64,000 nt of DNA from Takakia lepidozioides (lineage: Eukaryota; Plantae; Bryophyta). A program made the position numbers and the translations under genes. Positions 12,986 through 25,194 of the stretch are shown here, one piece after another; the first letter of the stretch is position 1, and the number at the start of each line of letters is the position of its first letter. Below the pieces are notes generated by a model that worked only from the letters and a program-made list of their open reading frames with translations, was not told the DNA's origin and made no database searches. The stretch spans positions 41,292,001-41,356,000 of the forward strand of contig CM060731.1 of assembly GCA_030704615.1 (NCBI GenBank), in the 5' to 3' direction.

Positions 12986-13303
12986 TCAATTGCATTAAAA
13001 TGAAAATGAATATGCGAAATGTGAAATGCCTGCGACAGTACTGGCGACACTCCCACGCTTGCATTCAACTCGTTGGGTAAGCGTAGTCTTTCTCCAAATG
13101 AAAATGGAAATGAAAATACATGTAAGTGAAAATGCTGCTTGTGAGATATATTATGGACCCAAAAAAAAAAAAAACTTTGGTTACAGGGCGGTGCCCCCTT
13201 TTTCATCCTTTATGGTTATAATCGAGGTTATTTTTTCCTCACCCTTATCTAATACAATTCTGGCTCTTCCATCGGCCTTAGAACTTCTAAATTTATAAAA
13301 TTA

Positions 13304-13340
<37 letters not shown>

Positions 13341-13762
13341 TATGGACTCTGGATTCCTCCTCTCGAGACTCTTTGGCCATGAAAATGCTACTTGCCAGAT
13401 ATACTATGGACTATTGATTCCTCTCTCCTCTCGAGACTGCTACTTGCGAAATACTTGGCGAGATTTTATGGACCGTCCCTCTATCCCCTCGAGACGCTTT
13501 GGCAAACCTCCGTCTCGTATAAAGCATTGCTGGTTGTGGCTGTCTTTCCCATCGTGTGATCTCATAGCGGGTCTTGAGTTCATTTTTCTTTATATTACCA
13601 GGAGATAGCAGCTCCAGCACCCTGCCCCTTCTCTCAAATTTGGCCACAAGGATGGGAGGCTTCAAGAGTACAGATGACAAGCTCATGACAAGCAGCCGAA
13701 GGGGGCAGAACATCGCAATCTCAACAGCGGGTTGAATACTGATTAAGAGGATGAGATACTCC

Positions 13763-14272
13763 TCTTACAATCCTCTTGTCTTATTCCACTGAATGGCCAA
13801 ACACCACCATTTGCTTTATGTACAGATCCTTCAAGTCACAATAATTCTTGACTCAACAGGAACTAGCACCCAATCCTAGAATTGTACATGGTACTGGAAC
13901 ACAACCAGTCCTCCCAACCGCCACACCATGCATCATTTTCTGTATTATCTCTCTCTTCCCTGTTCGTAGACACTATTCACCATGGCCGTCTTGTCTTCCA
14001 CACTTTGTACGGCCAACATCTACGAGCTCTTCTATCTAGGGAACCAAAAACCAGAAGAAGAGAGTCAAGTCCCCCACTCTCCTCCCTGTACACTTCTCAA
14101 CATCATCATTCTTGCTTTTGGTCTTGATCAACGGAATCCTGCCAACACATCGCCACCACCAGCTGTTCCACGTGACATCCCCATCACCTCACCCAGACAG
14201 CCGTCGACGATTGCTGAACTGTTCAACGTCCTGCCAAGCTTGTCGCAGGTTCGAGTTCACAGGGACGTTATA
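13763..14272 (-). repeat. 3' LTR (510 bp)
   Basis: Near-identical to 19039-19548; preceded on the - strand by the purine tract TAAGAGGGGGG. Confidence 0.93.
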
Positions 14273-14284
14273 TTACCCCCCCTC

Positions 14285-17200
14285 TTATAAGGGAGTATTG
14301 TCCTCAATACTGAACTGGGGAAAATTCTTACGAAGAGCATCTTCTCTCTCCCATGTAGATTCTTCTATAGGGTAATTCTTCCACTTGATCAAGAATTCAT
14401 TCCAAGAACGAGATCTCAAGGTTTTCATCTCTACCTTAAGAATCTCTTCTGGTTCTGCCACAATTTCTCCTTCGGTTGTGACTTTCGGCAAGTCTGGGAG
14501 AATATGGCTGGGATCTGAAACATATTTCCTTAAGAGGCTCACATGAAATACATCATGTATTTCCACCTAACAGGCAGTTCCAGCTTGTAGGCGACTTTGC
14601 CAATCTTTTTGATAATCTTGAAAGGTCCACAGTACCTTGGGGAAAGCTTATAACACTTTCCTAGGCTCAACTGGCTCTTCTTAGGGATCACTTTCAAAAA
14701 TACTTGATCTCCAATCTCAAATTCTCTAAAAGACCTTTTCTGATCAGCATAGGTCTTTGCCCTTTCTTGAGCTCTCCTCATGCTATCCTTCATTAGGTCC
14801 ATCTCTTGTTGCATCCTTGCTATCATCTGATTGACACTTTCGACCTTAGTATTAGAAACATGCCAAGATGCTGGTGTCAAGCAATCTTGTCCGTAAACAG
14901 CTTCAAATGGGCTTACCCCAATAGCTGTATGCATGTTCTTATTATAGGCAAACTCACAAAAATGCAAATATTGTTCCCAAGAGCTTTGCCTTTGCCCCAC
15001 ATACATTCGGAGCATGTCTTCTAAGGTTCTATTTGTCCTCTCTGTCTGAGCATCAGATTCTGGGTGGTAAGCACTGCTAAAACATAATCTGGTATTCGAA
15101 GCTTTAAACAAAGCAGTCCAAAATCCACTCGTAAACTTCGAATCCCTGTCAGACACAATTTCTCTTGGCAATCCATGCAGCCTGTATATCTCTTTTCCAA
15201 AGAGATTAGCTGTGTCTATAGCAGTTGCACTCATCTTTGTGGGTATGAAATGCGCTTGTTTTGACAAGCGGTCGACTACCACAAAGATGGCATCATGTCC
15301 ATTTCTTGTCTTAGGCAATGAGACAATGAAATCCATACTTATAGATTCCCACTTTGCCCTAGGCACATTCAGAGGTTGCAAAAGTCCAGGAGTCTTGATC
15401 TGTTCTGTTTTGGTTACCTGACAAGGGTAACACCTTTCAACATATTCTCGTATATTCTTCTTCATCCCAGGCCAGAAAAATTGTTTCCTAATTGCAAGAT
15501 ACGTTTTCTGAAAGCCAGGATGGCCTGCAATGGGTATGTTTTGACAGTCATACATGATCTTTAGTCTATAGTCTGCAACCTGAGGGATGCATAGACGCCC
15601 ATCACAGTATAATAACCCATCCTTTAACAGATAAGCTAGATATTTGCCAATTTCATCAGGAGCCTTGACCCCACGAGACAGGCTTTCAAATGGGCCAGCA
15701 AAATATGCGTCTTTAGCATACTGACCTCTTATCTCTTCTATCACAGTGCTTCTTATCACTGAAATAGCAGTTGCCCATTTTCTTCTGGACAATGCATCTG
15801 CCACCACGTTCTCTTTCCCCTTCACATAATGCAATTCAAAGAAGAACTGCTGGAGGAACTCTACCCAACGACACTGTCTGCGACTGAGGTTGGGTTGTGT
15901 GGCCAGATACTTCAAGCTTTCATGGTCTGTCTCAATCTTAAATTCCCTTCCCAGTAGATAATGCCGCCAAACCTTTAAGGCATGTATGATGGCTAGCAAT
16001 TCTTTTTCATGCACTGGGTAGTTCAGCTCTGCTGGGCTTAGTTTTCTAGACTCATAAGCTATTACCTGTCCGTGTTGCATTAACACAGCTCTTATGGCCA
16101 GGTCACTCGCATCTGTGCAAAGTACTAGACCACCTGTCTTGTAATCCATTAATTTCAAGACAGGAGCATGTGTTAACATATCTTTAAGCTTTTCAAAGCT
16201 CTCATTACAATCTTCGGTCCAGGTAATCGCTCCTAAGCCTTTCAGCAGGCTAGTGAGAGGGGCTGCAATCTTGGAGAATGCCTTTATAAATCTTCTATAA
16301 AAGCTTGCAAGTCCTAAGAATGCTCTCACATCTGTTCTATCCTTCGGGACAGGCCATTCTGCCACAGTCTTTACCTTCTTGGGATCAACTAACATGCCAT
16401 CTTTTGACACTATAAATCCCAAGTATTCCATCTGGGAAACAAAAAACTCACATTTGCTCTTCTTAGCATAGAGTTTATTCTCTCTCAAAATCTCAAGGAC
16501 ACTTTTCAAGTGTTCTATGTGTTCTTCTTCAGACTTGGAATAGATTAAGATGTCATCCATGAAGACTAACACAAATTTCCCCAGATACTTTCTGAATAAG
16601 GTATTCATTAAGCACATGAAAGTGGCTGGTGCATTTGTGAGTCCAAAAGACATCACTGTATATTCATAGTGGCCAAATCTAGTTCTGAAGGCCGTCTTAA
16701 ACGTGTCCGAGTCTTTGACACGGATCTGATGGTATCCACTTCGTAGGTCTATCTTTGAAAATACTTGCGCACCATGCAAGTAATCAAATAAGTCATCTAT
16801 CCTAGGAAGTGGAAACTTGTTCTTTACGGTTAGTTTATTCAACCATCTGTAGTCCACACACAATCTTAAAGTTCCGTCTTTCTTTTTCTTAAACAACACT
16901 GGTGCTCCCCAGGGAGACTTGCCAGGCTTAATATAACCTTTCTCTAGCAAATCAGCCAGCTGTCTCTCCAATTCTTCATTCTCCACCAAAGAATGCCTAT
17001 AAGGAATCCTAGAGACAGGAATTGCTTCAGGAACCAACTCAATGGCATGATCTACATCCCTTTCGGGAGGTAGTCCAGGCAGATCACTGGGAAACACGTC
17101 TGAAAATTCAGACATGATCTTATTTGTTCTGTTGAAATCGTTCAACTTCACTTCAATGTCTTCGTCATCATTCTCATGAATGCTTACGAAGAACAGCTGA

Positions 17201-17667
17201 CCGGCTGTCTTCCGTATGCATCGCTTCATTTGAAGGGCTGACAACAAAGGAACATTGGGTAGGGCTCTCATACCTGTAAGCTTGAATCGCTTACCACCAG
17301 GCAACTCCCCCTCCATTGCACAATTTCGGCATGCCACTTGAGCGTCCACAGCTGCCAGCCACTGCATTCCCAAAATGATGTCGTACCTCGCGCCATCCCA
17401 GACCTCAAAATCTACCTCAGTGGTGATCCCTTGCATTGTGACAGGGATCTCCAAACTTCTGTTGTTGGTAGATCTTGTATCTCCATTGGGCAACAGAATG
17501 GTACTGGTGCCAACCTCCTTCAACTGCAGCTTGCACTTGTTTGCAAAATTTTGAGACATGAAGTTATGGCTGCTTCCTGGGTCAATCAAAACAGTCGTGG
17601 TTTCTCTTCCCACTTGACCATTTAATCGTATGACTGTGGGATTATGGTCTATCTCTTTACCCATCAC
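14285..17667 (-). CDS. Retrotransposon pol (protease, RT, RNase H, integrase) with frameshifted C-terminal chromodomain
   Basis: [11 protein letters not shown] (protease), [10 protein letters not shown] (RT), TDASD (RNase H), [14 protein letters not shown] (integrase), YCGPFKI (GPY/F). The chromodomain [17 protein letters not shown] is in another frame after about 14560. Confidence 0.9.
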
Positions 17668-17685
17668 AGCCGCTGAGATCCTCAG

Positions 17686-18910
17686 TTATTTACCCTTGCT
17701 CGTCCCAGGTGCATCCACATCCATTTTATCCTCAACCTCTTGCACAATCACAGCTGCAGCTGCGCGTTGTACGCGTTTGGGACACTCAAACGCCCTATGG
17801 TTTCTCTCATGATAGATAAAACATTGACCCAAGCGCCGGTGTTCTTCCTGTTCCTTCTCTGATAGGCGTTTGGTCGCTGAAGCTCCAAACTTCTGATTAT
17901 CTCTAGGCTCAGTCTTTGTTGTCTTCTTATTGAACCTTTTCCAATTCTTTCTCTTCTGACCTCCACCAAAAGAGAATGACTTCGGCTTGAAATCCCTATC
18001 AATAGGTGCACTTGCACCCAGATGTGCTCTGTGCTGGCTCTCAAAATTGATAGCTAGTCTATATGCATCAGCCTCTGTCTTCGGCTCATATGCTTGAACA
18101 AAAAATCTGATAGCCTTATCTAGTCCAGTCAGGAAGAAATCCACCCTGTCAGACTCCTTCAAGGAATAGAAGTATGAAGCGTGTTCGTCAAATTTTACCT
18201 TGTAGTCTGCCACACTCATTCTTCCCTGGCTAAGTTCCATCAAACCCATTTTCATCCTGTGCGCATAGTCCTCTGGCAGGTACTGTTCTTTGAAGACCCG
18301 TTTGAACTTAGCCCATGTGGTAATCGGGTCCACTCTCCCTTCCAGACCCGGCTTCTCTTTCATTTTAATCCACCATTCTTTAGATTTGCCTCTCATTTGC
18401 AATGAGGCTGTGCGGATCTTATCTGCATTCGTATAGTCCTCGCTGAAGAACTCTTCCAGAGTCTCTAGAAAAGACAGCACCTCTGTGCAAAGGCACATTT
18501 GGGCGACCATGGAATTCAGGAAGATGCGTCATCTTCCTAATTTCCTTGTCAACCGTCCTTCTCTTAGAATCCCTTGCCATCATGGAGCGGCTATCCTGTG
18601 AGGATGCACCAGAGGCAGATCCACCTCTAGCCTCTTTTCTTTTTGTCCTACTTCTTGTACGCAGATCATTATGGGGAACACTTACTGGTTGGTCTACTGC
18701 TTGCTGGTCGGGTGGCACCGCCGGTGGAGTTGGATTTGCTGTAGGTCTCTTGCCAACAGCGGCTATGCCCTCCTTCATCCCACGTGCCACCGCCTCGCAA
18801 ATGATCTGTGCTAGATCTCCCGCTTTCATAGTGATAAGTTCTTCTGGTACAACAATTTCTTGTGTTTTCTCAACTGCAGCCTGTGTATGGCTTGTCTCCC
18901 CTTCCATCGA
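17686..18910 (-). pseudogene. Retrotransposon gag, frameshifted near 18490, degenerate Zn knuckle
   Basis: Two overlapping ORFs (LPEFHG... / ...EVLSFLETLEEFF...WAKFKRVFKEQY...QGRMSVADY). The knuckle reads CFIYHERNHRAFEC (second Cys lost). Confidence 0.8.
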
Positions 18911-19038
18911 CTCTGGAGATGTACTACATCTACCTTTAAAGATTATATCCCACTGAAGCAACGAGCTTCCAGAGCCGAATGTCAATTGGCTCATAAACCA
19001 CAAATCCCAAAAGGTCGAAATCTGCTCTGATACCAAGT

Positions 19039-19548
19039 TCTTACAATCCTCTTGTCTTATTCCACTGAATGGCCAAACACCACCATTTGCTTTATATACA
19101 GATCCTTCAAGTCACAATAATTCTTGACTCAACAGGAACTAGCACCCAATCCTAGAATTGTACATGGTACTGGAACACAACCAGTCCTCCCAACCGCCAC
19201 ACCATGCATCATTTTCTGTATTATCTCTCTCTTCCCTGTTCGTAGACACTATTCACCATGGCCGTCTTGTCTTCCACACTTTGTATGGCCAACATCTACG
19301 AGCTCTTCTATCTAGGGAACCAAAAACCAGAAGAAGAGAGTCAAGTCCCCCACTCTCCTCCATGTACACTTCTCAACATCATCATTCTTGCTTTTGGTCT
19401 TGATCAACGGAATCCTGCCAACACATCGCCGCCACCAGCTGTTCCACGTGACATCCCCATCACCTCACCCAGACAGCCGTCGACGATTGTTGAACTGTTC
19501 AACGTCCTGCCAAGCCTGTCGCAGGTTCGAGTTCACAGGGACGTTATA
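19039..19548 (-). repeat. 5' LTR (510 bp)
   Basis: Followed on the - strand by ACT and then the PBS TGGTATCAGAGC. Confidence 0.93.
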
Positions 19549-20268
19549 ACTCCCGAGGGATTATTTGGGGATTCTGGAGAGGAGGCTGGCTGGCGAGCTT
19601 GATAGCACGTTACACAGTGGCCCTCCTGATATGGACTACGATGCTGCAAGTCTGTTGATTGAACTTGCAAATGCAAGTATGTTGATTGATCTTGCAGCTG
19701 ATATGGACGACGATGCAAGTATTTTTTAACAAACTTGCAGTAAGCTCTCCATTGCTGTTTCTCGACGTTGCAACTATGGATCATCCACCAACAGATGCAG
19801 ATTCCCCTACTGGACATGAGGAGGGAGTGGAACTCGAGGAGGACAAGAGCACTTAGATGTCTCATCTTGTTGTTCTAATCAGATGTAGCCATGATTAGAC
19901 TCTCATTGTAGTACGGGGGTAGTATGGTTTTTCTCATAGATGTGTAGACATCCTATGCCTCCATATTCGTGAATGGTGAGGTAGAAAATGTACTGCTTCT
20001 TCTCGTTCCCTTCTCGTTGAAGAGTTGGAGTCCATTGTCCAGGTGGTCTGATCTCGGTCTGATTTATCATGTAGGCATATGTCGGTCATTGCACAAATAA
20101 CTTGGGCAGACATATCCAAGTTCAAAGTGTATCAACTTGGTCAATTGCCTTCCATGCACTAGGGAATCGTGTGCTAGTGTTGTGATGATCATTGAAATCA
20201 AGTAAAACTTTACATATGCCGCGTTTGATCAGACCAAGTATCTCTCTCTCTCTCAAGTCTCAAGTTGG

Positions 20269-20300
<32 letters not shown>

Positions 20301-20578
20301 AAGTTGGTCTGGGTACAGAAGTAATTGCTTGACTAGGCATGTAGGTCAATTGTGTGGAGATTGTTCTCACATAGTGGCAGATGACTGTTTAAAATTTGAA
20401 CTCCGCCACGTCCATGACCGCACGAAGTTTCAACATTCGTTCCCGTATTTCGACCACATTGCAGATACGTACGTATGTCTTGAAGCGAGCAACAGACTAA
20501 TTAGTGACTAGTTAGGGATGATTTAGTAAGATAAGTTACTTACTGAAAGTGATCCAGCGTAAATCAGTGTTTAAAGAT

Positions 20579-20674
20579 TAGGGTTTAAATCATAGATTAG
20601 GTTTAAATCAGGGTTTATAGAGTAGGGTTTAAATCATAGATTAGGTTTAAATCAGGGTTTATAGATTAGGGTTT
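20579..20674. promoter_or_regulatory. Telo-box-like cluster (3x TAGGGTTT within a duplicated 44-bp unit) upstream of the carrier gene
   Basis: tagggtttaaatcatagattaggtttaaatcagggtttataga(g/t) occurs twice and is followed by tagggttt, about 60 bp before the ATG at 20735. Confidence 0.55.
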
Positions 20675-20734
20675 AGAGAGGAGAAGAGCGAGAGGCAGAG
20701 CAGGGTTGCAAGCGAGAGAGAGGAAGAGAGGCAA

Positions 20735-23700
20735 ATGCGAGGAACAGGACGAGAGACGGAGAGGGAGGGAGAGACGAAGACAATACAGGGGGAGAGCTCC
20801 CTTGAGGTGGAAAATGCGGGCCCCAGGGAGAGGGAGAGAAGGAGATGGAGGTACAAAGTGGGGCAAAATGCGATTGCTGGAGCCCTCGCTGGAGCTTTTG
20901 TGAGTCTCTGTTTGCATCCCATGGATACTCTGAAGACGGTGCAGAGATCCCTTTCTACAGTGAATTCGGGCTCGCGGGAGAGGGAGACAAGGAAATGGGG
21001 GTGCAAAATGGGAGAAAATGCCATTGCTGGAGCACTTGCGGGCACGTTTGTGAGTCTGTGTTTGCATCCCATTGATACTGTCAAAACGGTTGTTCAAGCT
21101 CAAACTGGCGGGCACCGCGCCCTTCTACCCATCCTTTCCTCCATCATCTCTGAAAGAGGTAGTGTGTCCATTCCATAATGGGTCCACATGTGCGTCTGTA
21201 TCGAAATGCGAAAAGAATATGTACTGAGTCAATTTTTCTTGCTGTAGATTCGTGGCCATAAATTATGCGCTCGCTTTGACGGAGCAGGAAACGTGAGGAG
21301 AGGAGGGGCGAATGAGTGAGTTTCATCCCAAGTGCTGAAGGTTTGTTCCAATAATGTGTGAAGAAATTGGCTCTGGCCTTCTACAAATCCTTCATAAAAC
21401 ATTTGTGGGGTGAATTATCGTACTGATTGGATGCTAGAATTCACCCCACAAGTAGACCCTAGGAGGGTCCCACTCCCTTATTCTCACACACAAGCTCATG
21501 AAGTGGGGGCTTGCAGGCGTTGGAGGACTGTACAGGGGCCTAGGGAGCAATCTGGCGTCCTCTGCTCCAACATCTGCGATATACACTCTTACTTATGAAG
21601 CAGTGAAGTCGGCCCTCTTGCCACGCCTTCCTGAGGTAGCTCTATCACTTGCATGTTACTAGAAGTACAATCTCCTTTCAAGCAAAGTACAAAGGGTAAT
21701 GTTCATGCATGAGGGAGCAGGCAAGAACTGAGGCTCATAAGCGCGATCGCCTGAAGAGGCTGTCACTTTCTAGCCAAGTACAAAAGGTAATGTTCGTGCA
21801 AGGAGAGGACAGGCAAGACCAGGTGGAAGTCCTCATAAGCGTGACCGGTCACCAGAAGAGGCTACAACCTATCGCGCTTATGAGAACTTCTGCCTGGTCT
21901 TGCCTCGGGTCTTGTCTCCTCCCTCCCTGCATGAACAAATGTTACCCTTTGTACTTGGTTGGGAAGTGACAGCCTCTTCTGTGACCGATCACACCTATGA
22001 TCTTCGGGTCTTGCCTCCTTCCTCCCTGCATAAACATCACCCTTTGTACTTCGCTGGCACTTCTGCTGCTTGTAAATCTCATGCCAGGTTTGCAGGCTGA
22101 CCTGCTCTGAGCTCCCAAGTAAATCATCTGGAAGTACAGATTGAAACCCATTAAGTAGGGCACATACACCAGTGGTAGTTTGATGATCTACACTTTTCAT
22201 TCCCCTGTCCTCATGACTTTTCTGAGTTGTGGATTCTATATGGATGCCCTTAGAGATCATCTCACATTCGTGAACACCAGAATTAACCTGGTTGATGTGG
22301 TTATAATTTAAATGGGGTAGGACTTCTCAGGTCTCGCACACTGCACTGCTGGTGGATGCGCTAGCATTGCCACCTCTATTGTCTATACTCCTAGCGAGTG
22401 CGTGAAGCAGCAAATGCAAGTGGGTTCTCTGTACCGCAACAGTTGGTAATCCCTCTTCCCCCCTCCCTCTCTTCCCTGGAGTTTTAAGTGATCCCTCAGC
22501 ATCCAGCTTCAAGCCTGAATGAGGGACTGCAAGCATGATTAGACTTTGCTGGACATCCATCCTCTCTCTTAAATCACCCAATGCTTATGGCCATGCCTTG
22601 GATGTACTGGTACACTCACTTATGGATTTGATGAAGGCTTAGTCTAAAGAATCACGTATCACAAGAGGTACTAAAACTCTGGTTTGTGGATTGGTTCAGG
22701 CAAGCGCTCATGGGATTGCTGAAAAATGGAGGACTGCCAGTGTTGTACTCCGGATGGGGGGCTGTTCTCTGTCGCAATGTGCCCCAGTCTGTCATCAAGG
22801 TGTTTTGAAAACAATGTGACTCGTTCATTAACAGTTTGTTGACATCTAAGTATGGGTCTCTGTGTAGCATCTGAAGATGAGAAAGAAAGAAAGAAAGGAA
22901 GGGACATCATAAAGTCCTAGGATGCCCAGTGAACTTATGAAAGAATGAACTCATAAGACGTTGTTTATGAAAAGAATAATCTAGAGAGCAGATCTAAGTC
23001 AGTCCTCAAAGACAGAGCAACTAAACTCGGACACACTTCCCGTGATGTTAGGAAGAATAGGTTGGAGATACAGAGGGAAAAGGCCATACTTGTATGTAGA
23101 GGGAGGTTGCTATAACACAAACTACTTTGGTCTCCTGATGTACAGTTCTACACGTACGAGGGGTTGAAGCTCTGGGCCCTGCATGGGCAGAAAGGTGGCA
23201 CTCCTGTAAGCACCATACAGACGGTATGTTCCATTTTGTCTCCCATGCTGCCGCGGAAGCTCTACTCTCCAGATTCCTCAATACTACAAAGTAATTTGTG
23301 TTTTCACTTTGCAGCTTGCCATTGGGGGCATTGCGGGGTCCACCGCAGCATTCTTCACGACTCCATTTGATGTCATCAAGACTAGGCTTCAAACTCAGGT
23401 TGGTGGGCTTGAGTTTTTGTCTTCAGACAGGGCTGACCTTCGAAGCAGTTGTGATTGTGGATGTCCACTGTGCAGTCTATTATGTTGATGGTAGGGAGGT
23501 GCATATTGGCACCACATCCCCCTTTTTCTTTGTCTTTGACTTTACAACACTCCATTTCCCTTACCGGAAGGAACTCTGCTCTCTGCTCTCCTCATCCCTC
23601 TCTCACTTCCCTTGCTCGATTTAAACCGGCACAGGCCTGTGGCCTCAATGTGATTGGGGTTGGAGGCTTCACTGTCTGCAGGTACCAGGTTCAATTCATA

Positions 23701-24291
23701 ACTACAATGGAGTACTGCACGCGCTGCAATCTATTGCTGCAAAAGAGGGGTTTACCGGTTTGTATCGGTATGTGCTGCAGGCTTCCTTTCTTTTCCTTTC
23801 CGCTCTTCTCCACTCCCCAGTTATTTCAGGGACCTTGGTCAGCTCTTCCAGCTTTGTTTACTTTCATGTTTTTTTATGGGGGGGAGTGGGGGTTTCTTGT
23901 CAACGAAGTTTCATGCAATTCTGGAAACTTTGCCAAAGTATGCAACAGTCCAAGAGAGGGAGAGAGGGAGGCTTCACCCTGTTGGTAAAATGTCTGAAGT
24001 GAAGATGGTGAAAAGGGTGGGTTTTAGCCAAAGATAAAAGATTTATAACTAACGTCAGTGATGTTACAGCAGATAGATTGACAATGAAACTTATGCACTC
24101 TTTCTGGGTGGTTGTGCAGAGGCCTGGTGCCAAGATTAGTGATTTATGTATCACAAGGAGCTCTCTTCTTTGCATCATATGAATTCATCAAGCATGTTTT
24201 GGCAGTGGATATCCCGCGCTTGCGCATTCAGAATAGTCAAACAGCAGGTCATGATCGGGCCATGGCAAACATACCAGCTGAGTCTACCTAA
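20735..24291 (+). CDS. Mitochondrial substrate carrier (SLC25/MCF, SAM-carrier-like); exons about 20735-21158, 21517-21635, 22321-22445, 22700-22799, 23146-23223, 23315-23398, 23682-23767, 24120-24291
   Basis: Three carrier repeats with PxD/ExxK signatures (HPIDTVKT, TPSECVKQ, TPFDVIKTRLQ) and GLYRG/LYSGWG motifs. GT-AG junctions keep frame to the TAA at 24289-24291. The 5' start is uncertain. Confidence 0.9.
21681..22055. repeat. About 375-bp imperfect foldback in intron 2 of the carrier gene
   Basis: Two direct ~95-bp units (aagtacaaagggtaatgttc...gcaagac...ctcataagcg...agaggctgtcactt) followed by two inverted copies (…ccctttgtactt). Confidence 0.85.
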
Positions 24292-25194
24292 AATAGTGTC
24301 TAGTTTCAAAGAGTCTCTCATACTCGAGCATGAAAGCTTGTCTCAATTCTGTCGGTCCAGTGTTTAGCTAAATGTACTCCCTATGACATACACTGTGCTG
24401 TTGCTAGACGTTTCACAGATTTAATGCTACTTGTCACCAAGCTCACTCCTACCATAGATAAGGCCACTAGCCTCCAGGCTAGGATTTCCCAAGCCAAGCT
24501 CAGCACCCAGGATACAAAGACACAGGAGTCAGTCACTAGACACCCCGTTCCTAGCGGAAAAAATGAAGCCTTTAACTCACTTGACAACTCTCTTCTCTTG
24601 ACTCTATATTGGCTTCTTATAGATGAAGTCACTAATGGGACTGTCACCTCAACATTGTTCCAAACACCCACCACAGTTGTCCATTCAGTGCACAAATCAA
24701 TATATGGGGGATTGATGAAATGAAAAGATGAAAGTTAAAATATGCTTGTGTTTCAAAAGTCCCGTGTTGCCAATAGCACTTACATATTGATGATAGCAAT
24801 GACATCTGTCTGTCTAAATAATCCTCTTTGTTTCTTGATGGCAATGTAGTGGTACTGAATGAAAGGAAAAGTGAGGACTTACTTTTGAGCTTGATGTAAA
24901 TCCCGTTCATCAAAACATTCACTGTCATGTAATGGGATTGCTGTTGGCCATGCAACAAACAGCAGCAGGGTGCTGTCTTGCTGAGCTTCTGTCGAATGGA
25001 CTAAAAAATATGAACAGTATTGCAAGGGAGCCTGACATCCAAACTTTCAAAGAGAAGGGAAACTAACTAATCTCTCTGATTCCATAGACCCACAATTTGG
25101 GCTCCATCACTGAAGTGAATAACATCAGTTTAGTAGTCACGTATCTACAGGTGATTGACACGAGGGAAGCTGTGTCATTGGTGGAATCCGCTTT

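Larger units (their letters stand above)
13763..19548 (-). mobile_element. Full-length Ty3/gypsy chromovirus-type LTR retrotransposon (degenerate)
   Basis: Two 510-bp LTRs (19039-19548, 13763-14272) with about 6 mismatches by eye. TSD actcc at 13758-13762 and 19549-19553. tRNA-iMet PBS (TGGTATCAGAGC, 19024-19035) and PPT next to 14273. Domain order gag-PR-RT-RH-INT-chromo. Confidence 0.96.
12055..20420. repeat. Diverged direct repeat A (about 12055-12620 and 19780-20420)
   Basis: Both copies share agatgcagattcccctactggacatgaggagg, gtgctagtgttgtgatgatcattgaaatca and ggagattgttctcac..gtggcagatgac..gccacgtccatgacc. Confidence 0.8.

Noticed and set aside
13848-14290. Duplicated small ORFs at 13.8-14.3 kb and 19.1-19.6 kb
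   Set aside because: They are incidental ORFs within the two LTRs.
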